DNA of 38,720 nucleotides from Pseudobdellovibrionaceae bacterium (GTDB lineage: Bacteria > Bdellovibrionota > Bdellovibrionia > Bdellovibrionales > Bdellovibrionaceae). A program made the translations under genes and the position numbers. The stretch's first letter is position 1; the number at the start of each line of letters is the position of its first letter. The stretch spans positions 1-38,720 of the forward strand of contig JBGGMM010000095.1 in assembly GCA_041288045.1 (NCBI GenBank), read 5' to 3'. The notes beneath the pieces are model-generated. The model was not told the origin of the DNA, searched no databases, and worked only from the letters and a program-made list of their open reading frames with translations. Shown piece by piece: positions 1 through 8,968 of this stretch.

Positions 1-114
1 TTTGATGTTCCTATAACTGCTTTCTCGGATCGTAAAACAAGTCGGGAAGCTGATTTAGAAAGGGTCATTAGTCTTATGGAACAAGCTCTAAAGATTGTAA
101 GAAATGCTATCTGA
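1..114 (+). CDS. 3' end of a gene cut by the window edge; possibly an XRE-family HTH regulator
   Basis: Frame 1 is open from base 1 to TGA at 112-114: FDVPITAFSDRKTSREADLERVISLMEQALKIVRNAI*. 'FDVPITAF' resembles the last helix of XRE/Cro HTH domains. Confidence 0.4.
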   Translation, partial: FDVPITAFSDRKTSREADLERVISLMEQALKIVRNAI

Positions 115-206
115 AAAGCGGTTTATCGAGAATCCAATCAAATTCCCGCTTTTTAAAAAGTTGCAGAAAAAATAATGTTAAAATGCGAGAAAAGAGAGGT
201 TAAAAA

Positions 207-743
207 ATGAAACTTATATTTGTATTTTTGCTTTTGAACTCAGTTCAGAGTCATGCTGGCGGGGTGTTGGCATGCGATGATTTTGGAAATCAATGCATCC
301 TTAATAATCCTTCGTGTGATCGCTTAATTCCACCAATTAAATATATGGAAGAATGTCAGCACCATCCGCAGCTGACACTGAATATTCCTAACGGTTCATA
401 CAGTGAAAACCACCGTGCACGTAATTTGAGTGCCGATGTAAGCTGCGGTGAATTTAAATACATGAACAGTTTGCGAATCAATCTTGATCTTAAGAAAATG
501 GCTTATGAGCTGCTTTTAACCCTAACTCCAGACCAGCATGATGAATTCATCCGTTCAGGAGACATTGGTTCCAATCCGATTAAACGTGGCCCTTATACAA
601 TCTACAGATTAATCGAAAATGGAAAAACTGTAGGATTTCTGAAGGCTGTGGATCAAGAAACTCCTCTAAGTCATTCTTCTTTAATTTTTACTGAACAGGG
701 TTGGAGCAACCAATTACGTTGCGTTGTAAGACCGTTAAACTAG
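207..743 (+). CDS. Secreted hypothetical protein (Cys-containing)
   Basis: 178-aa ORF, SD GAGAGG upstream, signal peptide MKLIFVFLLLNSVQSHA, 6 Cys. Confidence 0.75.
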   Translation: MKLIFVFLLLNSVQSHAGGVLACDDFGNQCILNNPSCDRLIPPIKYMEECQHHPQLTLNIPNGSYSENHRARNLSADVSCGEFKYMNSLRINLDLKKMAYELLLTLTPDQHDEFIRSGDIGSNPIKRGPYTIYRLIENGKTVGFLKAVDQETPLSHSSLIFTEQGWSNQLRCVVRPLN

Positions 744-759
744 GCAGAGGTGGTCATAA

Positions 760-957
760 ATGAAATTAGCATTATGGATCGCGGTGTTTTTAATGGGCCC
801 ATTTTCATTTGCTGAAATTGGGCCTTTGCAGGCGGAACAGCTGGCTAATCGATGCCAAACTTATCAGTATTTTTTGACGGGCGCGCATCTGGCTGAACAA
901 ATTGGTCTCGAACAAAAGCGTCGAGAACAAGGACGAGTCAAAATAGAAATTGAATGA
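760..957 (+). CDS. Small secreted hypothetical protein, possibly truncated
   Basis: SD GAGGTGG upstream, signal peptide MKLALWIAVFLMGPFSFA; only 65 aa; stop lies 1 nt from the convergent GNAT stop. Confidence 0.5.
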   Translation: MKLALWIAVFLMGPFSFAEIGPLQAEQLANRCQTYQYFLTGAHLAEQIGLEQKRREQGRVKIEIE

Positions 958-958
958 G

Positions 959-1429
959 CTAAATTAACTTGAACATATCAACGCTTGAAACTTGAAACCC
1001 CATACTTGAATATAATTTTCGAGCGGCTTCGTTGTGCTGAAAGACGTGAAGCCGAATTCGTTTGGCTCCGTATTTATTTGCTTCTAATTCAACGCATTTC
1101 ATTAGTGCTTTTCCGAAACCTTGCCCTCGGCGGCTTTCGACAATAGAAATGTCGTTAATTGAAAGGACTGCTCTACCGAAGCGGGTTTGAAGCCCAAGCC
1201 AAAGAAAACCGATCATCTCGCCAGATTGATCTTCAACAACATCAAAAAAGTACTGACCGTCACTATCGAGTCCGTTGGGAACCAACCTTGCGAATTGCTC
1301 CATAGCGTTTTTAATTCCGATCTCTCCAGGTATGTTTTCAACCTCTGAAAAATTCGAGCCATATTCAGCCCAAGAGATCTTCTTAAACTCTTCGAAAGTC
1401 TCATCGGTCATTGGTATTAATTTTATCAT
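959..1429 (-). CDS. GNAT-family N-acetyltransferase
   Basis: Acetyl-CoA motif RRGQGFGKALM; C-terminal L-H-V-F-x-x-N-x-x-A-x-x-L-Y-x-x-x-G-F; SD GAGAGGA upstream. Confidence 0.92.
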   Translation of the reverse strand: MIKLIPMTDETFEEFKKISWAEYGSNFSEVENIPGEIGIKNAMEQFARLVPNGLDSDGQYFFDVVEDQSGEMIGFLWLGLQTRFGRAVLSINDISIVESRRGQGFGKALMKCVELEANKYGAKRIRLHVFQHNEAARKLYSSMGFQVSSVDMFKLI

Positions 1430-1435
1430 CTATCG

Positions 1436-1672
1436 TCATTTCCTCTCATTGCTAAAGGAGTCGCGGTTCGCAAACAGGTTCTGAATTCCTTTAGGGTTGT
1501 TTGATTGCGCGTAAAAGTTTTTATAAATCTGGCCAAGATTTGCAAATCTCGATTGGCGCAGTATCTTTAATATGTCTTTTTCTATTTGGTTAAGTTGGAT
1601 TGGTGTTTTTGCTGGAAGAGGTTCTGCCTGACCTTCATGGTTTAGGCTAAGTGACTGAAGTATGATCTGATC
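1436..1672 (-). pseudogene. Start-less open frame, possible remnant of a winged-helix (Replic_Relax-like) gene
   Basis: 79-codon minus-strand frame without ATG/GTG/TTG start: DQIILQSLSLNHEGQAEPLPAKTPIQLNQIEKDILKILRQSRFANLGQIYKNFYAQSNNPKGIQNLFANRDSFSNERK*. Confidence 0.3.
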
Positions 1673-1772
1673 CTATTTTGTTTTTGTTAATTGGTTTGGC
1701 GGAAATGCCAGGTTTGGACATTGGACATGCGAGTGCCAAATGTTAATTTTTGAATTTAATTTTATGTTTTAG

Positions 1773-1785
1773 TTTCAATGACTTA
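1773..1785 (+). promoter_or_regulatory. IHF-like binding site next to the tRNA 3' end
   Basis: TTTCAATGACTTA matches WATCAANNNNTTR with one mismatch and is preceded by an A/T tract. Confidence 0.45.
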
Positions 1786-1808
1786 GAGAAGTCTCATGTG
1801 TCAAAAAA

Positions 1809-1885
<77 letters not shown>

Positions 1886-1904
1886 TCAGTTAAGAATTGA
1901 AGGC

Positions 1905-1933
1905 ACAGTACCTTTGTGGCCCAGTGAGGTCAA
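1905..1933 (-). promoter_or_regulatory. sigma70-type promoter of tRNA-fMet
   Basis: TTGACC (1933-1928), 17 nt, TACTGT (1910-1905). Confidence 0.6.
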
Positions 1934-2113
1934 CCCCTTATTTGGCATCTTTCCCTTCCTCATAGCGGGCCTCCATTGATTTGAGAATGTGAGATTCTGT
2001 TTCGCCCAATCTTTACTCAGAATTTTAAAAAGCTCTGTGTCTTGAATTGCTCAGACTTTTTTCGATAGGCTCAGAGTAGTTGCAACTTTTGAAAGATTCG
2101 AAAGGAGTCTGAA

Positions 2114-2473
2114 ATGGCAAATTATGTCGACGGTTTTGTTCTTCCGATCCCTCGGAAAAACATCCAGAAGTATGTGAAAATCGCAAAAATAGCAGGCAAA
2201 GTCTGGAGAGAGCACGGAGCTCTCGAGTACTACGAGTGCGTCGCTGATGACGTCAAGAAAGGAAAGAAAACCTCTTTCCCTCAGAGCGTGAAACTGAAAA
2301 CCGGCGAAGTCGTTTTCTTTTCTTGGATCGTCTATAAATCACGAGCCCACCGCGATCGAGTTCTAAAAAAGGTCATGTCCGACCCACGCATCACCAGCAT
2401 GGGTCCAAAGGCGATGCCCTTTGATGCCTCTCGAATGATCTACGGTGGTTTCAAACCCTTGGTTTCTCGCTAA
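2114..2473 (+). CDS. DUF1428 (YbaA-like) protein
   Basis: YVDGFVLP, HGALEYYECVADDV, TSFP, FSWIVY, MPFD..RMIYGGF; SD AAGGAG. Confidence 0.92.
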   Translation: MANYVDGFVLPIPRKNIQKYVKIAKIAGKVWREHGALEYYECVADDVKKGKKTSFPQSVKLKTGEVVFFSWIVYKSRAHRDRVLKKVMSDPRITSMGPKAMPFDASRMIYGGFKPLVSR

Positions 2474-2479
2474 AAATTT

Positions 2480-3451
2480 TTAAACTGAGGCGGGAGGAGA
2501 CGAAAGAGATATTGGTTTCTTCTCGACCTCAAAAGGCAGCGCCTGCCGAGGTCCCTTTTTCCCAGGATGCAGTTCATAATGATGAGCACAGTTCTTGGTG
2601 CAAGTCTCTTTCGCCCAATCTTTTTGACTACAGTCATCACAGATCAAAGCTTCTGAATCACAGCGTGAACAAGTGATTTTCACTTCTGCTGGCTGACCAC
2701 AGTGCGGGCAGAGCTTGTATTTTTTTGAAGGCTGCAGAGTCTGATCCACAGCCACGCGGTGATCAAACACAAAGCATTCGCCTTCGAATTGATCATTGGG
2801 CCGCTCTTCGATGTATTTCAGGATTCCGCCTTCCAATTGAAAGACGTTGTTATAACCCTGGCGTTGCAGCTCCAGAATCCCTTTCTCGCAGCGAATCCCG
2901 CCAGTGCAAAAGATCAGCATTTTTTGATCTTTGCTGTAATTCTGCTTCTCCAGCCACTGCGGAAATTCCGTGAACTGATCAATTCCAGGATTCACCGCCC
3001 CTTTAAAAGTTCCAATTTTGGTTTCATACCAATTGCGAGTGTCGATCAAAAGAAAATCCGACTCTTCTTTCAGCACCTGGTTCCACTCCTCCGGAGTCAG
3101 ATGATGATTTTTGCTCTGATCCGGAAAAAGATCCGGTGTGCCCAAAGTCACAATTTCATCCCTGATCTTCACTTTGAACCTGCGAAAAGGTGCACTCGGC
3201 GCAAAAGAATTTTTAAAAATCAAATTCGGAGCTTCATAAGTCGCGCGAATAAAATTTTTGAAATTCTCAAGTGCTTCTTCCGAAGGAGCCGCCACCGTGG
3301 AATTAATCCCCTCAGAGCCCAAGATGATCAGCCCGCGAAGACCCAGCTCTTCAGCTTTTTGCTCCAGATTTTTTTGCTGAGATTCCAGATCAGTGAGACG
3401 TTTGAATTGATAAAAAGTGGTCACAAAATATTTTTGTGGCAGTGTCGTCAT
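2480..3451 (-). CDS. trhO: Rhodanese-domain tRNA U34 hydroxylase (TrhO/YceA family)
   Basis: EGINST, KIRDEIVTLG, IDTRNWYETKIGTF, FCTGGIRCEK, QLEGGILKY, GECFVFDHR, Cys-rich C-terminus. Confidence 0.9.
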   Translation of the reverse strand: MTTLPQKYFVTTFYQFKRLTDLESQQKNLEQKAEELGLRGLIILGSEGINSTVAAPSEEALENFKNFIRATYEAPNLIFKNSFAPSAPFRRFKVKIRDEIVTLGTPDLFPDQSKNHHLTPEEWNQVLKEESDFLLIDTRNWYETKIGTFKGAVNPGIDQFTEFPQWLEKQNYSKDQKMLIFCTGGIRCEKGILELQRQGYNNVFQLEGGILKYIEERPNDQFEGECFVFDHRVAVDQTLQPSKKYKLCPHCGQPAEVKITCSRCDSEALICDDCSQKDWAKETCTKNCAHHYELHPGKKGPRQALPFEVEKKPISLSSPPASV

Positions 3452-3571
3452 TTTTAGCTCCTAGTTGGGCTCCAAACCCAGGGGATATGACGCGATATAT
3501 ATACGGAAAGCCTTTGGACATCAATCCGTATTTTCAGGTAAAAACAGGGGTTTTCAAAAAGGAATCCGCTC

Positions 3572-5188
3572 ATGCTTTTATCAGGTCCCCCAGCCCAAGA
3601 AATTAAACGCCGTCGCACCTTTGCGATCATTTCGCACCCGGATGCGGGGAAGACCACTTTGACCGAAAAACTTCTCTATCACGGCGGAGTCATCCACGAA
3701 GCCGGCGAAGTCAAAGGCAAATCCGGCACCAAAGCCGTGACTTCCGATTGGATGGAGCTGGAGCGCCAAAAAGGAATCTCCATCACCAGCTCCGTGATGA
3801 CTTTCGATTACCAGAGCCTGCGAGTGAACCTGCTCGATACCCCCGGCCACAAAGATTTCTCCGAAGACACCTACCGAGTTCTCATGGCCGTCGATTCGGC
3901 CTGCATGCTGATTGACGTCGCCAAAGGGGTCGAAGAGCGAACCAAAAAACTCTACGACGTCTGCCGCCTGAGAAACATTCCGATCTTCACTTACATCAAT
4001 AAATTGGACCGCGAAGGCAAGGCACCCTTGGATCTCATCGACGAAGTCGAAACAACTTTGAAAATGAGCTGCTACCCCGTCACCTGGCCCATCGGCATCG
4101 GTCAAAGATTCAAAGGCATTTACAACCGCCTGACAAAAGAAGTGCTTCTCTACGATCAAAGACGGGAAGGGGACGAAGTCACCGTGATCCCAGTCACTGG
4201 CTACGATGATCCCTCCTGGAAGCACTTGGTGTCAGAAGAAATCTACAACCAAGTCCAAGAAGAACTGGATTTGATCGAAGGAGTCCTGCCGCCCTTCGAC
4301 GTTGAAAAATTCCTGCGCGGAGAAATCTCGCCAGTCACTTTCGGATCCGCCAAGCAAAATTTCGGAGTCGATATTTTCCTGCAATTTTTCTGCAAGTTCG
4401 CTCCAGGCCCCCAACCCCGGCACACTCAAGCTTTTAAAAACCAAACGGCCACCGACGTCGACCCCCTGGATGCCAACTTCACCGGCTTCGTATTTAAAAT
4501 CCAAGCCAACATGGATCGCCGTCACCGCGACCGTATCGCTTTCGTGCGCATCTGCTCCGGAAAATTCGAGCGCGGCATGAAAGTCAAACACTCTCGTCAC
4601 GAAAAAGAACTGCGCCTCTCTTACTCCAATCAATTCGTCGCCAACGAAAAAGCCACTGTCGATGAAGCTTACGCTGGCGACATCGTCGGGGTCGCCGACA
4701 CCGGCAATTTCGCCATTGGCGATAGCATCTCCTCGGACAAGCTCGTCAAATTTGAAGACATCCCTAAATTCGCTCCCGAGCTTTTCGCTCGCATGAGTGT
4801 GGGCGATGCGATGAAGCGAAAAAAAATGCAAGAAGCTCTTAATCATCTCTCAGAAGAAGGCGCTATCCAGCTTTTCATCGATCCCCTGATCGGCGCTCAA
4901 GATCCCATCATCGGCGTGGTCGGGGAGCTGCAGTTCGAAGTCCTCGTTCATCGCATGCAGGACGAATACAACCTCGAAGTCAGACTGAACCGCTTGCCAT
5001 TCACAGTGGCCCGTTGGCCGCGCTCATCGGAGGGAAAACCCGTCAATCAATTGAAGGGCAATTTCACCATTTACCGCGACATGATCGATATGCCAGTGAT
5101 CCTGCTCAATCAAGAGTGGGATCTCAATTGGGCGAAAAAAGAAAATCCAGACATCGAATTTGCGACCAGCATTTCAAGGGCCAGGTAA
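3572..5188 (+). CDS. prfC: Peptide chain release factor 3
   Basis: RRRTFAIISHPDAGKTTLTEK, SDWMELERQKGISIT, DTPGHKDFSEDTYR, FKIQANMD..HRDR, GELQFEVL. Confidence 0.98.
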   Translation: MLLSGPPAQEIKRRRTFAIISHPDAGKTTLTEKLLYHGGVIHEAGEVKGKSGTKAVTSDWMELERQKGISITSSVMTFDYQSLRVNLLDTPGHKDFSEDTYRVLMAVDSACMLIDVAKGVEERTKKLYDVCRLRNIPIFTYINKLDREGKAPLDLIDEVETTLKMSCYPVTWPIGIGQRFKGIYNRLTKEVLLYDQRREGDEVTVIPVTGYDDPSWKHLVSEEIYNQVQEELDLIEGVLPPFDVEKFLRGEISPVTFGSAKQNFGVDIFLQFFCKFAPGPQPRHTQAFKNQTATDVDPLDANFTGFVFKIQANMDRRHRDRIAFVRICSGKFERGMKVKHSRHEKELRLSYSNQFVANEKATVDEAYAGDIVGVADTGNFAIGDSISSDKLVKFEDIPKFAPELFARMSVGDAMKRKKMQEALNHLSEEGAIQLFIDPLIGAQDPIIGVVGELQFEVLVHRMQDEYNLEVRLNRLPFTVARWPRSSEGKPVNQLKGNFTIYRDMIDMPVILLNQEWDLNWAKKENPDIEFATSISRAR

Positions 5189-5192
5189 ACAG

Positions 5193-6065
5193 ATGACCAC
5201 AATCTCTCCACTGCAAATCGAAAACGTCAAAAAAACTTTCACTCCGCAAAAAGGAAAACCCGTCGAGGCCCTCAAAGGAATTTCTTTTGAAGTCAAACCC
5301 GGAGAAATTTTCGGCTTGCTCGGACCCAACGGCGCCGGAAAAACAACCCTGATCTCAATCATCACCACTTTAGAAAAACCAACGTCAGGCGACGTGAAAG
5401 TTTTCGGCGACTCCGTTTTGCAAAAACCTCTGAGCACCAAAAAGAAAGTCGGAGTCGTCCCGCAAGAAATCGTCGCTAGCGGCTTTTTCGATCTCGAAGA
5501 ACTTCTGAAATACCACTCTGGCTTTTATGGCCTCAAAAACAACGAAAAAAGAATCGACGAACTCCTCACCAGACTCTCTCTCAAACCCCACGCCCACAAA
5601 ATGATGAGACAGCTTTCCGGCGGCATGCGAAGACGAATGATGATCGCCAAAGCTCTCGTGCACTCACCGAAAGTTCTGCTGCTCGATGAGCCCACCGCCG
5701 GAGTGGATGTGGAGCTCAGAAACAATCTCTGGGCCTTTGTGCGCGAACTGCAAAGCGAAGGTGTCAGCATCGTTCTTACCACCCATTACTTGCAAGAAGC
5801 CGAAGCCCTCTGCGACCGAGTCGGAATCATCAATCACGGCGATCTCAAATACGTCGGTCCCACCAAAGACATCATCCGTGAACTCACGCAGAAGAAAGTC
5901 GAAGTGACTTTGAAGACTGGCGAAGCCGTGAAGTTCCTCGTTGAGAAAGAAGATAATTTGGGATTATCGTTAGCGAAACATAAAATTTCTATGGATCAGA
6001 TCCAAGACCTCAAAACAACCGAGGGCTCCCTTGAAGAAGCTTTCGTGAAAGTACTGCACAAATGA
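5193..6065 (+). CDS. ABC transporter ATP-binding protein (ABC-2, YadG-like)
   Basis: Walker A GPNGAGKTT, signature LSGGMRRR, Walker B LLLDEPT, H-loop TTHY; ATG 4 nt after the prfC stop. Confidence 0.93.
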   Translation: MTTISPLQIENVKKTFTPQKGKPVEALKGISFEVKPGEIFGLLGPNGAGKTTLISIITTLEKPTSGDVKVFGDSVLQKPLSTKKKVGVVPQEIVASGFFDLEELLKYHSGFYGLKNNEKRIDELLTRLSLKPHAHKMMRQLSGGMRRRMMIAKALVHSPKVLLLDEPTAGVDVELRNNLWAFVRELQSEGVSIVLTTHYLQEAEALCDRVGIINHGDLKYVGPTKDIIRELTQKKVEVTLKTGEAVKFLVEKEDNLGLSLAKHKISMDQIQDLKTTEGSLEEAFVKVLHK

Positions 6066-6844
6066 CAGCTTTTTTATTTCTCCTCAGAAAAGAATGTCAC
6101 CGCTTCATGAAAGTTCTTGTGCAAACAGTGCTCACACCACTGATCAGCTCGACACTGTACCTTTTGATTTTCGGCGTCTCTTTAGGCAGCCAAATCCAAA
6201 TGCCCGATGGCTCGACAGGTGAGAATTACCTGGCATTTCTCATCCCAGGCCTGATGATGATGGGTCTGATGAACAATGCCTTTCAAAACTCTTCCTCATC
6301 ACTGGTTTCCAGCAAATTCACCGGCGACATCGAAGATCTCGGCACCGTGCCTCTCAGCCGCAACAATATCATCTGGGCTCTGAGTCTCGCCTCTGTCGTT
6401 CGCGGAACACTGGTCGCCGCCATGACCTTGCTCGCTGGCCAAATCTTTTTCTTTGTTCAGTACGGACACCTGCTTTCCGTCGAGCATCCCCTTTGGCTTT
6501 TCTATTTTCTTTTGATCGGGGGTTTGGTCTTCGGACAAATGGGAATGATGACTGCTTTCTGGGCAAAAACCTTCGATCAGCTGAGCGCAGTCTCCACCTT
6601 CGTCATTTTGCCTCTCACTTACTTGGGCGGAGTTTTCATCTCTATTCATCAACTGCATCCGGTGTGGCAGACCATTTCATTACTCAATCCGCTTTTTTAT
6701 TTTATCAATGGCCTCAGATACAGTGTGCTTGGCAAAGCCGATGTGGAGGTTTGGCAAGCGGCCGGACTGGCCACTTTGTCTTTAGCCATTATGTACGTGC
6801 TGGCACACCGTCTGTTTTCAAAAATCTCTTTCTCAAGGTGGTAG
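6062..6844 (+). CDS. ABC-2 transporter permease (YadH-like)
   Basis: About six hydrophobic segments; YLAFLIPGLMMM, PLTYLGGVF, NPLFYFINGLRY; ATGA overlap with the ATPase. Confidence 0.92.
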   Translation: MTAFLFLLRKECHRFMKVLVQTVLTPLISSTLYLLIFGVSLGSQIQMPDGSTGENYLAFLIPGLMMMGLMNNAFQNSSSSLVSSKFTGDIEDLGTVPLSRNNIIWALSLASVVRGTLVAAMTLLAGQIFFFVQYGHLLSVEHPLWLFYFLLIGGLVFGQMGMMTAFWAKTFDQLSAVSTFVILPLTYLGGVFISIHQLHPVWQTISLLNPLFYFINGLRYSVLGKADVEVWQAAGLATLSLAIMYVLAHRLFSKISFSRW

Positions 6845-6847
6845 ACC

Positions 6848-8167
6848 ATGTTTGAAAACCTCTCAGAAAAAGTTCTCGGCAGTCTTAAGAAAGTTCGCGG
6901 CCTCAACAAAATCACCGAAGCCAATATCGAAGACTCTTTGCGCGAAATTCGCCTGAGTTTGCTTGAAGCCGACGTCAATTTCAAAGTGGTGAAATCCTTT
7001 ATCGACCGAGTGAAAGCAAAATCTCTGGGCGCTGAAGTCCTGCAGAACATCCACCCCGGTCAGCAATTTGTCAAAATCGTCCACGACGAACTCAAAGCCA
7101 CGCTCGGAGGAGAAACCGTTGACATCAACGTGCGAGAAAAACCCAGCGTGATCATGATGGTGGGATTGCAAGGGGCCGGTAAAACCACGACAAGTGCGAA
7201 GCTCGCTCTCTACATCCGGCAAAAGTTCGGCAAAAAACCAGGTCTCATCCCAGCCGATATCTACAGACCAGCAGCCATCGAGCAGCTGCAAACTTTGGCC
7301 AAGCAAAACAACATTCCGGTTTTCCCTTCAGAAGCCACACAAAAACCAGAACAAATTGTCGAAGCCGCCAAGAAATGGGCTGAAGCCAACATGATTGATG
7401 TGGTGATCATCGATACCGCCGGTCGCTTGCAAATCGATGAGCAGCTCATGAACGAACTTCAAAACATCAGCAACATCTGGGCTCCGCAGGAAAAACTTCT
7501 TGTTGCCGATGCCATGCTGGGACAGCAGTCCGTCAACGTGGCCGAGGGCTTTCATTCCAAATTGGGCCTGACAGGCCTAGTCCTCACCAAAATCGACGGG
7601 GACGCCAGGGGCGGAGCCGCTCTCAGCATTCGCGAAGTCACTGGAGTGCCAATCAAATTCCTTGGAGTCGGTGAAAAAGTCGGAAACCTTGAAGTCTTCC
7701 ACCCGGACCGCTTAGCTTCTCGAATCCTCGATATGGGCGATGTGCTCTCGCTGGTGGAGCGTGCTCAAGAATTTATGGATGAAAAATCTGCCAAAGAATC
7801 CGCCCGGAAAATGATGAAAAACGAATTTTCCATGGATGATTTTCTCTCTCAGATTCAAATGCTGAAAAAAATGGGGGGGCTTGAGAGCATCATGAAAATG
7901 CTTCCCGGGATGGGAGAGTTGCAAAAGCAGATGAAAAATATGGCCCCGCCAGATAAAGAAGTGAAAAAAATCGAGGCCATTATCCGCTCAATGACCGCCC
8001 AGGAGCGGCGGGATCCGCGAGTATTAAATGCATCGCGTCGAGAGCGAATCGCCAAAGGATCAGGGACTCAGGTCCAAGATATCAATAAGTTTGTCCGCCA
8101 GTTTGATGAGTCGAAAAAGATGATGTCCTCCATGATGAAGATGGGACGGGGACGCCTTCCTTTTTAA
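6848..8167 (+). CDS. ffh: Signal recognition particle protein Ffh
   Basis: MFENLSE, LLEADV, GLQGAGKTT, DTAGR, TKIDGDARGG, Met-rich M-domain with RRERIAKGSG. Confidence 0.98.
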   Translation: MFENLSEKVLGSLKKVRGLNKITEANIEDSLREIRLSLLEADVNFKVVKSFIDRVKAKSLGAEVLQNIHPGQQFVKIVHDELKATLGGETVDINVREKPSVIMMVGLQGAGKTTTSAKLALYIRQKFGKKPGLIPADIYRPAAIEQLQTLAKQNNIPVFPSEATQKPEQIVEAAKKWAEANMIDVVIIDTAGRLQIDEQLMNELQNISNIWAPQEKLLVADAMLGQQSVNVAEGFHSKLGLTGLVLTKIDGDARGGAALSIREVTGVPIKFLGVGEKVGNLEVFHPDRLASRILDMGDVLSLVERAQEFMDEKSAKESARKMMKNEFSMDDFLSQIQMLKKMGGLESIMKMLPGMGELQKQMKNMAPPDKEVKKIEAIIRSMTAQERRDPRVLNASRRERIAKGSGTQVQDINKFVRQFDESKKMMSSMMKMGRGRLPF

Positions 8168-8251
8168 AAAGCAAGACGAAACTCCTGCTTGCAAATGACG
8201 CTCGCTGCGGTTAATACTCTTGGCTTCTTGTTTTCGAAAGGAAATGCTCTC

Positions 8252-8503
8252 ATGGCAGTTGTTATCCGTTTAGCACGATTTGGAACTAAACATGCCCCTA
8301 AATACCGTATCACAGTGGCGGATCACCGCCGGTATGTGACTGGTAAATACCTGGAAATTTTAGGTGTTTATATTCCCACTCCAAAGGGACAGGACAAACA
8401 GGTTGTTGTCGATCTGCAGAAGACCCAGGACTGGATCAAAAAAGGGGCCCAGCCGACAGATCGCGTGAAACACGTGCTCAAACTGGCTCAAGCTCAGAAA
8501 TAA
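8252..8503 (+). CDS. rpsP: 30S ribosomal protein S16
   Basis: MAVVIRLARFG..HAPKYRITVAD, WIKKGAQPTDRV; canonical position after ffh; candidate promoter TTGCAA(8189)-17-TAATAC upstream. Confidence 0.96.
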   Translation: MAVVIRLARFGTKHAPKYRITVADHRRYVTGKYLEILGVYIPTPKGQDKQVVVDLQKTQDWIKKGAQPTDRVKHVLKLAQAQK

Positions 8504-8624
8504 TCCAAAAAATTAACTGAACATTTATTTGGCTAAACTTGAATTTTTTGTAACATCTAATCTGTGTCAAAATGACAAGTTGTCGAATCAAAAGCTGTCT
8601 TTGAGATAGTGGAGGTTGAGGAAC

Positions 8625-8870
8625 ATGGATCACTCGAGCTTAAAAGATCTGGTCGAATTTATGGCAAAGTCCCTGGTGGATGAGCCGGAGCAGGTCGAAG
8701 TGAAAGAAGTGGTTGGAGATCAGACCACAGTTGTCGAGTTGAAAGTTGCCAAAAGCGACCTCGGTAAAGTGATCGGCAAGCAAGGTCGAACCGCTCGTTC
8801 AATGCGCACCATTCTCAATGCCGCATCGACAAAGCTTCAAAAGCGCAGCGTCCTCGAAATTCTTGAATAG
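8625..8870 (+). CDS. khpA: KH-domain RNA-binding protein (KhpA/YlqC)
   Basis: [13 protein letters not shown]xxG loop; between rpsP and rimM; SD GGAGG/GAGGA. Confidence 0.92.
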   Translation: MDHSSLKDLVEFMAKSLVDEPEQVEVKEVVGDQTTVVELKVAKSDLGKVIGKQGRTARSMRTILNAASTKLQKRSVLEILE

Positions 8871-8894
8871 TCTTCAGAATTTAAAGTATTTTCT

Positions 8895-8925
8895 AAAAGG
8901 GAGTCCTAGGGCTCCCTTTTCTTTT
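8895..8925 (+). terminator. Intrinsic terminator after khpA
   Basis: AAAAGGGAGTC-CTAG-GGCTCCCTTTT hairpin followed by CTTTT. Confidence 0.75.
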
Positions 8926-8933
8926 GAGCGTTT

Positions 8934-8962
8934 TTGACACGCTGCCCGAATTGAATTATAAC
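8934..8962 (+). promoter_or_regulatory. sigma70 promoter of rimM (leaderless geometry)
   Basis: TTGACA (8934-8939), 17 nt, TATAAC (8957-8962), 6 nt, ATG 8969; no SD. Confidence 0.7.
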
Positions 8963-8968
8963 CCCAGC

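Larger units (their letters stand above)
1..1808. mobile_element. Probable edge of a genomic island or island remnant integrated at the 3' end of tRNA-fMet
   Basis: AT-richer than the rest of the window (by eye), abuts the tRNA CCA end, has an IHF-like box (1773-1785) and short repeats (1706-1738), and carries accessory/orphan genes. No integrase in the window. Confidence 0.5.

Noticed and set aside
1745..1772. dif site
   Set aside because: TTATGTTTTAG resembles a XerD arm only partly, and there is no XerC-type arm ending in ATAA at 6-nt spacing.
2759..3457. 232-aa plus-strand ORF, and other long antisense ORFs (3581-4225, 4232-4846, 24213-24740, 35341-35977)
   Set aside because: Shadows of well-supported genes on the opposite strand, with no recognisable motifs.
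8189..8251. Upstream TTG starts given by the ORF track for rpsP (likewise rimM, rplS, rnhB, the cyclase and 35381)
   Set aside because: The extensions run through promoter, terminator or upstream-gene sequence and precede the conserved N-termini.
8503..8624. Replication origin near the apparent skew switch
   Set aside because: No TTATCCACA-like cluster, short region, and no dnaA/dnaN nearby.
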